This document shows positions 55,792 to 64,000 of a stretch of DNA of 64,000 nucleotides, piece by piece; within the stretch, counting starts at the first letter, position 1; the number at the start of each line of letters is the position of its first letter. This DNA is from Planctomycetaceae bacterium (GTDB taxonomy: Bacteria; Planctomycetota; Phycisphaerae; Phycisphaerales; UBA1924). Both the position numbers and the translations under genes were made by a program. A model generated the notes under the pieces. That model was not told the DNA's origin. It saw only the letters and a program-made list of their open reading frames with translations, and searched no databases. The stretch spans positions 1,930 through 65,929 of the forward strand of contig JAIYDA010000130.1 in the NCBI GenBank assembly GCA_027487735.1, read 5' to 3'.

Positions 55792-57257
55792 GGGACTGGC
55801 TGGGGGGCTGGCTGGGGAGTTGGCTTTGCTTCTGGTTTCGTGGTTGGTGCTTCGGCGGGCGCAAGGGCCGCGATGATCCAGTCGGCGATTGCGCGGTTGC
55901 GCTGGCCCAGCTGCGCAAAGAGCAGCTCGTGCCCCACGGGATAGGTCTCGCGGTCGCGCTCACCCAGCCTCTGCCAGAGCTGATCTGCAAGCGGGCTGGG
56001 CACGGCTTCGTCGATCGTGCCGTAGATGTTGAGCGAGGGCATGTGTTGCAGAGCCTTGGCGGTGTGGAAGGCATCGAGCGTGGCGTGCTGGATGAACGCG
56101 TCGTAGGCCCGTGCCTTCACGGCCTTCAGCGCGTCGCCCTCAAGGGCTGGCCAGGTTGGGCCATCGCCTCCGAGAAAGCTGGTGTAGTTGCTCGTGTCGA
56201 TCATGTGAAAGAAGTTCGTGCCGCCGCCCACGAGGACAGCGGCTTTGTATCGCTCTGCTTCGAGCGCCACGACGGTGGGGAGCGTGATCGCTCCACCACT
56301 GAATCCGATTGCAACGCGGGGCTGTGCGGCAAGCTGCGGCACAAGGCGCTCCAGCTCAGCGAGTGCGCTCGCGACGGCGTACGCACACTCCGCGGAGCGA
56401 TTGTCGAGCACGCGCGCGATCTCGGCGACGCTGCCGTCGACGTCGTCCTGGCGCACGACCATGGGGGTGCGCTCGATGAAGCGTGCGGGCTGGGCGACCA
56501 TCTGCAGCACGACAAAGCCCTCCTCGCGCAGCACGCGTGCGAGCGCGAGCAAGGGCCCCTCGGGCGTGCCCAGCAGGCCCGGCATGATGAGCACGGTGCC
56601 GCGAGCTTCTGCTGCCGGCTTGCCGCGAGGCGGGTAGGCAAGGAATGCGGTGCTGTCGATGAGCCACGACGCGGGCTTGCCTTGCTCTGCGGCGGGCGTT
56701 TCGCTCGCGCTCACGACGCGGATGGCAGCGAGCACGCTGCGGGCGTTGCGGGGTGTGAGCTCTTCGCCCGGCTCGGCAGAGCGGAGCGAGACGAGGAACG
56801 CGCCGACGCTGTAGGGCACGACATCGGGGAGTTTGGTCGTGAGGTCGTCTTCGCTCATGCCCAGGGCGCGGGCGAAGCGCTGAGCATCGAGCATGGTGCG
56901 CATGGCGAGCACCTCGCCCTGACCTTCGCGCGCGAAGGTGCGCTGCGGGTTGGGCATCAACCCTTCGGGCTGAAAGGTCTGGACGGCGTGGAACCACTTT
57001 GCGGTGTGGCCTTGTGGCACCACGCGCGTAGGCCACTGGGCGGGCAGAAATGGGGCGCCGTCGCCCGCGAGCGAGAACGCAGCGAATGTGCCCGGGTCGG
57101 CTTGGGCGCCTTTGGGCCAGCCTGTGGGGGCGGGGGCTTCGGTCTGGGCTTCGGTCTGGGCTGTGGTCTGGGCGTGGCAAACCCCCGCATGCGCGGCAAG
57201 CAGCATCGCGGCCGAAAGCAGGTGCACAACTCTCCGTGGCAGAGCAAGACGTTGCAT
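55788..57257 (-). CDS. Secreted alpha/beta-fold hydrolase
   Basis: Signal peptide MQRLALPRRVVHLLSAAMLLAAHAGVCHA, nucleophile elbow AIGFSGGA (GxSxG), and a Pro-rich C-terminal tail. Confidence 0.7.
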   Translation of the reverse strand: MQRLALPRRVVHLLSAAMLLAAHAGVCHAQTTAQTEAQTEAPAPTGWPKGAQADPGTFAAFSLAGDGAPFLPAQWPTRVVPQGHTAKWFHAVQTFQPEGLMPNPQRTFAREGQGEVLAMRTMLDAQRFARALGMSEDDLTTKLPDVVPYSVGAFLVSLRSAEPGEELTPRNARSVLAAIRVVSASETPAAEQGKPASWLIDSTAFLAYPPRGKPAAEARGTVLIMPGLLGTPEGPLLALARVLREEGFVVLQMVAQPARFIERTPMVVRQDDVDGSVAEIARVLDNRSAECAYAVASALAELERLVPQLAAQPRVAIGFSGGAITLPTVVALEAERYKAAVLVGGGTNFFHMIDTSNYTSFLGGDGPTWPALEGDALKAVKARAYDAFIQHATLDAFHTAKALQHMPSLNIYGTIDEAVPSPLADQLWQRLGERDRETYPVGHELLFAQLGQRNRAIADWIIAALAPAEAPTTKPEAKPTPQPAPQPVP

Positions 57258-57348
57258 AGCAAAGAGCCTAGCCTCGGCGTGTCGGGTTTGCCGATGGATG
57301 GCGTCGGCGGTTCGCGTCGGCGTCCTTGCTCCCCAACCACACCCAAAC

Positions 57349-58368
57349 ATGCCTCAGCATTCCACCGCACCCTCAGATTCGTCGCAGCCGCAGGACACGC
57401 GCGTGTTTCCGGTGCGGGCCCCGCTGGGCGGGCTGCTCATGGGCTTTGCGAACATCGTGCCCGGCATCAGCGGCGGGGCGATGCTCCTGATGGTGGGGGT
57501 GTATCAGCGGTTTGTCGAGGCGGTTGCGCAGTGCAGCACGCTGCGGTTTCGGGCGCGGTCGGTGCTGTTTCTCATGCTGGTGGGGCTGGGGGCGGGCACG
57601 ACGATTCTGCTCAGCGCGGGGCCCATCAAGCGGTTGATTCTCGAGCACACTTGGCAGGCGCTTGCGCTGTTCATCGGGCTGCGGCTGGGGGCGATTCCCA
57701 TCGTTTGGAAGTGGTGCAAGCCCTTTGAGGGGCAGAACGCGCGGCGTGTGATCGCGGGCATTGTGGGGGGGCTCGTGGTTACGGGCTTGCTTGCGATCTC
57801 GCAGTATGCGGGCGCGGGCGCTGGGGGCGCGGCTCACACGTCCACGCCCATCACGCGGTTTGCGGCGGGGCTTGCGGGCGCGAGCGCCACGATTCTGCCT
57901 GGCATGGACGGGAGTTACTTTTTGCTGCTCATGGGTGAGTATGTGCCCATTCTCAGCGGCATCGAGCGATTCAAGGACGCGCTGGTGTCGCGGGATGTCG
58001 GGGCGATCTGGCAGGCGGGGTTGTATCTCGTGCCCGTGGGGCTGGGCGTTGCGCTGGGGCTTGGGGGCGTGAGCATCTTGCTGCGCTGGCTGTTTCAGAA
58101 GCACAAGGCGGTGGTGGGGGGCGTGCTGCTGGGCGTGGTGGTGGGGGCGGTGGGCGGGCTGTGGCCCTTTCGAGAGAGCGTGCCGCCCGCGGTGGGCGAT
58201 GTCATCAAGGGCGTGACCGTGACGGCAGAGAACCTCGCGAGCTTTGACATTGGCGATTGGCGCACGCGGTTCTTCTCGCCCAGCGGCGTGCAGATGGGCA
58301 TCTCGCTCGCGCTCGCGGCTCTTGGGTTTGCGATCGCGTGGGGATTTAGCAAGGTTGACCCCGAGTGA
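57349..58368 (+). CDS. DUF368-family membrane protein (the family proposed to act as undecaprenyl-phosphate translocases)
   Basis: Duplicated signature GFANIVPGISGGAMLLMVGVY and ASATILPGMDGSYFLLLMGEY. Confidence 0.75.
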   Translation: MPQHSTAPSDSSQPQDTRVFPVRAPLGGLLMGFANIVPGISGGAMLLMVGVYQRFVEAVAQCSTLRFRARSVLFLMLVGLGAGTTILLSAGPIKRLILEHTWQALALFIGLRLGAIPIVWKWCKPFEGQNARRVIAGIVGGLVVTGLLAISQYAGAGAGGAAHTSTPITRFAAGLAGASATILPGMDGSYFLLLMGEYVPILSGIERFKDALVSRDVGAIWQAGLYLVPVGLGVALGLGGVSILLRWLFQKHKAVVGGVLLGVVVGAVGGLWPFRESVPPAVGDVIKGVTVTAENLASFDIGDWRTRFFSPSGVQMGISLALAALGFAIAWGFSKVDPE

Positions 58369-58440
58369 GGCCTGGGCCCGGCGCAGCACTGCCCACTGCG
58401 GCAGCGCGTTGGCGGAAGGGCATCACGGGTGTTACTGGCA

Positions 58441-59745
58441 TTACTTGACGCCCGCTCGCCCGCCTCGCAAAAAATACTCCATCAGGTCGTGCCCGGGGTC
58501 GATCTTCAGGTCGCTCGCAAGGGCGGCTTCCTCGGTGAAGGGCCTTGCCACCGTGCTGCGCACCCACGCACCCGCGATGAGGAAGGGCACGGGCGTCGCG
58601 TCGTGCTTGCGGGTGCTGCACAGGGTGTAGTGGTCGGGCATGATGAGCAAGCGCCACCCCGGGGCGTGCGAGTCGTGCTCGGGGTCGCCAAAGCGGGCAA
58701 GCCCACGCACGATCGGCGCGACGATGTGCTCGTCGATGGCTTCGAGGCTTGCGACCTTGGTGCGGTAGTCGCCCTGGTGGCTCGCCTCGTCGGGTGCCTC
58801 GACGTGGCAGCAGACCACGTCGAACTTGCTGAGTGCCTCGACCGTTGCCAACCCCTGCGCGACATAGTCGGTGTCGTGATAGCTCGTGAGCCCGGGCACG
58901 TGCAGACGCTCCCACCCGATGTAGCTCGCAATCCCCGCGAGCAGGTCCACGCTCGTGATCATCGCGCCGCGCAGCCCGAAGCGGCTCGCAAACGTCGGCA
59001 CGCTGGGCTTGGTGCCCTGGCCCCAGAGCCATGCCATGTTCGCCGGGCGCTGCCCCTTGGCGATCCGCGCCTGGTTCACGGGGTGCTCGGGCAGAAAGTG
59101 TGCGCTCAGCAGCATGAGCTCGCGGAGCGCGAGGCTTGCCTGGCCCCCCGCGGGCAGGTGCTGCTGCCAGGGCTCGCGCGGGATGGCGTGCGGAGGAGTC
59201 GTCTGCACGTCGGCGTAGGTTCGCGGGCCGCTATCCACAAAGATGTTGCGATAGCTCACGCCCGGCGTAACGGCGATAGCTCTCGCGAGCTCGGGCACCT
59301 TTGCGTGCCAGTGCGACACAAGGTCCGCAACCAGCGTGCGTGCCTCCGCGTCGGAGATTGCCCCCGCGCTGTGGTCGAGCATCAGCCCCGCATCGCTGCT
59401 GCCCGAGGACTGCGCGGAGCTGTCGTGGGGCGGGAAGCCCCCGGTCGTCACGAGGTTGAGCCGAAAGATCCAGTCGCTCGGGGCAAGGGCAAGGCCCAGG
59501 GCGGCAGCCTCGAGCGGTGCACGCCCGGTGTGATACTTCTCCGGGCTGTAGCCCAGCAGGCTCATGCTGCAAACGTCGCTGCCCGCCTCAAAGCCCTCGG
59601 GGGTGGTCATGGCGCACCCCACGCGGCCTTTGCGGGCCAGTTCCTGCGTGTGGGGCATGTGCGCAACCTCAAAGGGGGTGCGATCGCCCAATGCCGCGAG
59701 GGGCAGGTCGGCGGCTCCGTCGGGGATGATGACGACGTACTTCAC
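58441..59745 (-). CDS. apgM: Cofactor-independent phosphoglycerate mutase, archaeal-type (ApgM-like)
   Basis: KYVVIIPDGAADLPL...TPF..A.MP....LA..G..G...T.PEGFEAGSDVCSMSLLGY...TGRAPLEAAALG. I prefer the GTG at 59745 (VKYVVII); the track start at 59937 adds 64 non-conserved residues. Confidence 0.75.
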   Translation of the reverse strand: MKYVVIIPDGAADLPLAALGDRTPFEVAHMPHTQELARKGRVGCAMTTPEGFEAGSDVCSMSLLGYSPEKYHTGRAPLEAAALGLALAPSDWIFRLNLVTTGGFPPHDSSAQSSGSSDAGLMLDHSAGAISDAEARTLVADLVSHWHAKVPELARAIAVTPGVSYRNIFVDSGPRTYADVQTTPPHAIPREPWQQHLPAGGQASLALRELMLLSAHFLPEHPVNQARIAKGQRPANMAWLWGQGTKPSVPTFASRFGLRGAMITSVDLLAGIASYIGWERLHVPGLTSYHDTDYVAQGLATVEALSKFDVVCCHVEAPDEASHQGDYRTKVASLEAIDEHIVAPIVRGLARFGDPEHDSHAPGWRLLIMPDHYTLCSTRKHDATPVPFLIAGAWVRSTVARPFTEEAALASDLKIDPGHDLMEYFLRGGRAGVK

Positions 59746-59877
59746 GGGTCGCGTGGGTGCGGGGGCGGACGGTGAGGGCGATGCTACGCAGCGTGGGCGG
59801 GCGGGCGAAGTGAGGCGTTGGGACGCAAATGCCGAGAAATGGCGAAGCGAAAGCCCGCAAGACGCGAATAATGGAGC

Positions 59878-60573
59878 ATGGGCAACTTCCTTCGTGGCGT
59901 CGGTGGGCGGGCAGCGTGGGGCGTGTCGCGTCAGCACTTGACACGGTCAAGCTTGACACGGCTGGGCGTCGTCGTCGTCGCTGCCTTGCTCGCGGGGTGC
60001 CAAGCGCCGAGTGTTTGGGAGACCAACCTCGAGCACGGGCCCGAGGGCTCAGGCCCAGCCAGCATGATGAAGGCCGCGGCACCCGAGCAGGTCGCGAGCG
60101 TGAAGGTGCGTCGCGCGCCGTGGGAGCGCGTGCAGAGCGCACTCATAGAGATCGAACGCAGCGCAGCAGCGAGTGACGTGCCCATGGAAGAGTGGACGCC
60201 CGACAAGCTCGCCGAGAGTGAGGCTCGCCTGCTGAAGGGCTTGCAAGTGACGGCCCCTGCCTCGCGCGTGCAGGTGCTTGCCCGCAGCACCTTCCGCACG
60301 ACGGATGAGCTGCCCAAGGAAGACACCCTGCAGGCCCTCGGCGCCCGCCTTGGCGCAACGCACGTCGTGTGGAGTTCGCAGGTCGTCGGGCAGGTGAACA
60401 AAGTGGTGAGCACGCCCGTGACCAGCAGCACCTTCGGCACGCGCTATCGCCGCGATCGCGACGGCAACCGCGAGCCCGACAGCTATCACGAGAACACCAC
60501 GACGTACGTCCCTGTGAGCGTGACGGCGGACGAGGTGGGCGCGATCGCGTACTTCTTGCGGATCGAAGAGTGA
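59878..60573 (+). CDS. Hypothetical lipoprotein
   Basis: Lipobox VVVVAALLAGCQ after a basic N-terminus. No recognisable domain. Confidence 0.55.
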   Translation: MGNFLRGVGGRAAWGVSRQHLTRSSLTRLGVVVVAALLAGCQAPSVWETNLEHGPEGSGPASMMKAAAPEQVASVKVRRAPWERVQSALIEIERSAAASDVPMEEWTPDKLAESEARLLKGLQVTAPASRVQVLARSTFRTTDELPKEDTLQALGARLGATHVVWSSQVVGQVNKVVSTPVTSSTFGTRYRRDRDGNREPDSYHENTTTYVPVSVTADEVGAIAYFLRIEE

Positions 60574-60583
60574 CGCAGCGAGG

Positions 60584-61393
60584 CTAGCGCTTCCACGCCG
60601 CTGGTAGCATCGCGCGCTCCTCGGCTCCGCCCACGAGGGTGAGGCTGGCTTGCAACGCGCGCTCGCTCGCGGGAGGCGTGCGCAGGGCACCTTCGGCATC
60701 GAAGGCTGTCGGCGCATCGTCGAGAGCCGCGAGCCTTTGGCACCACCTTCGGGTTGCTTGCAGGGCGTGCGGGGGCTTGCTTGCGAGCTGCTGGGCGAGG
60801 GCGAGGGCCCGGGCCTCGCAGGCTGATGCATCTGCCTGCACCTCGTGCACGAGCCCAAGCGCAAGGGCCTGCTCGCCCGAGACGAGCTGCGTGTCGAGCA
60901 GCCTTGCCCGCGCCACGCCGGTGCCCGCCTGCTCCACGAGCGTGGGCGCGCTCACGGCGGGCGAGATGCCGAGCTTGACCACGGGATAGCCAATCTTTGC
61001 GTCGCGCGTGCTCACGATGCAGTCTGCCGCGCCCAGCAGCGCGCACGCGCCAGCAACCGCCGCGCCATGTGCGCTCAGCACCACGGGCAGGGGCTGCCGC
61101 CGGAGCGCAGCGATGCAGCGAGCAAGGCCCGTGAGCAGCGTGGCAAGGGCTGTGTCGTCGTGCTGGCAGAGGGAGAGGTCAAAGCCTGCGCAGAAGACAT
61201 CGCCCGTGCCCGTGAGCAGGATGGCGCGGGGTTGCGCGGGCTCGCTTGCGTCGATGCTGCGCAGGGCCTTAGCCTCGTGCCAGAGTGCATCGAGCATCGC
61301 TGGCGTGAGGGCGTTGCGCTTCTCGGGGCGATCGAAGCGCAGCACACGCACGGGGGCTGAGGCGAGGATGGTGTCGGCGCGAAAGGCTTGCAT
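60584..61393 (-). CDS. Enoyl-CoA hydratase/isomerase (crotonase) family protein
   Basis: VRVLRFDRPEKRNAL...LLTGTGDVFCAGFDL...AHGAAVAGACALL. Only the last 269 codons of the 852-aa track ORF are credible. Confidence 0.8.
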   Translation of the reverse strand: MQAFRADTILASAPVRVLRFDRPEKRNALTPAMLDALWHEAKALRSIDASEPAQPRAILLTGTGDVFCAGFDLSLCQHDDTALATLLTGLARCIAALRRQPLPVVLSAHGAAVAGACALLGAADCIVSTRDAKIGYPVVKLGISPAVSAPTLVEQAGTGVARARLLDTQLVSGEQALALGLVHEVQADASACEARALALAQQLASKPPHALQATRRWCQRLAALDDAPTAFDAEGALRTPPASERALQASLTLVGGAEERAMLPAAWKR

Positions 61394-61522
61394 GCGGGAT
61401 TTGTGGGAAGCGAGGAAACGATAAGGCCCGTGCTGCGCCGGGGGCAACGCGGGGTGTGGACGTGAGCAAGCAGAACGCAGCGCACGCGTCGCCTTTCGTG
61501 ATCCCCTCCCTATCCTCGACCC

Positions 61523-62653
61523 ATGCTTCGCATCGCCCTCCGCATGCTGCTTGGCGATCGCACCAAGTACGTCACCCTCGTGCTCGGGCTCGCGTTTGCC
61601 GCGCTGCTGATGAACCAGCAGGGCGCGATCTTTCTTGGCCTGCTGCGGCAGGCGACGGGCCCCTTGCAGAACGTGACGCAGCCCGACCTGTGGGTGACCG
61701 ACCCCGACACGCCCTGGATCGCGGAGTTTCGCTCCCTGAGCGATCAGAAGCTCGCACGCGTGCGCAGCGTGCCGGGCGTGGAGTGGGCAGAGCCCATGCT
61801 GAGCGCGTACGCGGTGTGCGAGCTCAAGAGCGGCAGCTTCAAGCGATTGCAGATGTTGGGCATCGCGCGCTCGACGCTCGCGGGCAGACCCCCGCGGATG
61901 GTGCAGGGATCGATCGAAGACCTGCGCCTGCCCGATGCGATCATCGTCGAAGAGACGAGCATGGCGATGCTCGAGGGCGCGAAGGTGGGCGACGAGCTGA
62001 AGATCAACGACCGCCGCGCGGTGATCGTGGGCGTGTGCGAGGCCCGCAAGGGCTTTGAGAGCAACGCGATCATCTACACGACCTTCGACAACGCCGTGAG
62101 CTTTGCGCCCATCGGGCGCGAGCGCATCAGCTATGTGCTCGTGAAGGTGAAGCCCAACATCGCGATTGGCGATGTGCAGGCACGCATCGACGCGCTGGGA
62201 GACGTGCGAGCCTTCACCACGCAGCAGTTCCGCGAACGCAGCGTGCAGTTCATCGTGGTCGCGACGGGCATCGGCATCAACTTTGGCATCACCATCTTGC
62301 TGGGCATCGTGGTGGGGCTGCTGCTGAGTGCCAGCATCTTCTACCAGTTCACCATCGAGAACCTGAGGAACTTTGCGGTGCTGAAGGCGATGGGCGCGGG
62401 GACGCGCACGCTGCTGGGCATGATCATGCTGCAAGCGCTGGTGGTGGGCGTGGTGGGCTTTGGCATAGGCAGCGGCGTCGCGGGCATCTTCGCCATCGCG
62501 TCGCGCGTGTCGCGATCGGAGCTGCAGGTGCTGTTCCCGTGGCAGCTGCTCGCGGGCACGTTCGTCGCGACGCTGCTCACCATTCTGCTGGGCAGCGTGC
62601 TGAGCGTGCGGCGGGTGCTGCGCGTGAGCCCGGGCACGGTGTTTAGCAGCTGA
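61523..62653 (+). CDS. ABC exporter permease, DevC/FtsX-like
   Basis: MLRIALRMLLGDRTKYVTLVLGLAFAALLM..., a periplasmic domain, then NFAVLKAMGAGTRTLLGMIMLQALVVG. Confidence 0.75.
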   Translation: MLRIALRMLLGDRTKYVTLVLGLAFAALLMNQQGAIFLGLLRQATGPLQNVTQPDLWVTDPDTPWIAEFRSLSDQKLARVRSVPGVEWAEPMLSAYAVCELKSGSFKRLQMLGIARSTLAGRPPRMVQGSIEDLRLPDAIIVEETSMAMLEGAKVGDELKINDRRAVIVGVCEARKGFESNAIIYTTFDNAVSFAPIGRERISYVLVKVKPNIAIGDVQARIDALGDVRAFTTQQFRERSVQFIVVATGIGINFGITILLGIVVGLLLSASIFYQFTIENLRNFAVLKAMGAGTRTLLGMIMLQALVVGVVGFGIGSGVAGIFAIASRVSRSELQVLFPWQLLAGTFVATLLTILLGSVLSVRRVLRVSPGTVFSS

Positions 62654-62674
62654 GCGATCGCTGCCCAAGCTGGT

Positions 62675-62697
62675 GGCACAGGCGTCTCGCCTGTGCC
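62675..62697 (+). terminator. Hairpin GGCACAGGCG-tct-CGCCTGTGCC, 22 nt after the permease stop
   Basis: Perfect 10-bp stem with the same ACAGGCG/CGCCTGT core as the hairpins at 14429-14492. No U-tract. Confidence 0.4.
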
Positions 62698-62825
62698 CGC
62701 CCTGCAACCACCGCGCTCGAGAGTGCCTCGATGGGTAGCGCGAGCGACACCTGCCCCACGATACCCCGAGCATGCACCCACGCAGAACGCACCCGCAAGG
62801 AACGCCGCGTACGCTCGCCCTGCCT

Positions 62826-63905
<1,080 letters not shown>

Positions 63906-63919
63906 TCGCACGACTTTTC

Positions 63920-64000
63920 ATGCCCAGTTGCAGCATGCACACCTGGCTCGCCCATCTCTCGCTTGCTTATGTCGCGGTGTCCGCGGGCACTGTCCTCGCG
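63920..64000 (+). CDS. Start of a further ORF running off the window (a DUF58-type MoxR partner would be expected here)
   Basis: MPSCSMHTWLAHLSLAYVAVSAGTVLA, open to the window end. Only 27 codons are visible. Confidence 0.25.
   Translation, partial: MPSCSMHTWLAHLSLAYVAVSAGTVLA

Noticed and set aside
51713-56074. 1453-aa minus-strand ORF, the longest in the track
   Set aside because: The product is Arg/Ala/Pro/Gly-rich with no motifs. It is antisense to four well-supported plus-strand genes (murG end, 51926 ORF, GGDEF gene) and out of frame with the real minus-strand genes. This is a typical stop-poor antisense frame in high-GC DNA.

Overview
High-GC bacterial chromosomal segment. The gene content (H-X9-DG pseudopilin, PEP-CTERM-like and Cys-bracketed dockerin-like anchors, an ECF sigma plus Ser/Thr kinase pair) looks Planctomycetota/Phycisphaerae-like, but that is inference only. 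The ORF track shows GTG/TTG starts as M, so I re-derived many starts by hand. Positions 1-13738 look like the right-hand part of an integrative genomic island inserted at the 3' end of a tRNA-Lys(CTT) gene. It carries a tyrosine integrase, three small HTH proteins, a Toprim/DUF3987 primase-like protein and a type I restriction-modification operon. The main finding is that this operon reads hsdR > hsdS > A > leader > B > hsdM. Two non-R-M genes sit between hsdS and hsdM: A has a candidate HEPN-type Rx4H motif, and B has an unassigned N-terminal module plus an HsdR_N-like PD-(D/E)xK nuclease domain. All junctions are overlapping or nearly so. Gene B is bracketed by a 53-nt duplication of the hsdM translation start, which created a 38-codon leader ORF coupled to B. 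On the other side of the tRNA lies a 776-bp ORF-free G-rich region, then an 899-aa protein with a DUF4062/TIR-like N-terminus, a coiled coil and about nine 50-residue TPR-like repeats (150-bp DNA repeats). The rest is mostly housekeeping: CNNM/TlyC, pilD, aminotransferase, rpmF-plsX, sbtA-like permease, HlyD, clpX, fsa, rpsL-rpsG, mraZ, PBP2, rsmA, ptsN, murG, a GGDEF protein, DUF368, apgM, MoxR. A Fic 'mobile mystery protein A/B' cassette is inserted after plsX. Several intergenic regions carry short-period (7-8 nt) G-run repeat arrays. Many long ORFs in the track are antisense artefacts of the high GC content and were rejected. No CRISPR array or rRNA was seen.
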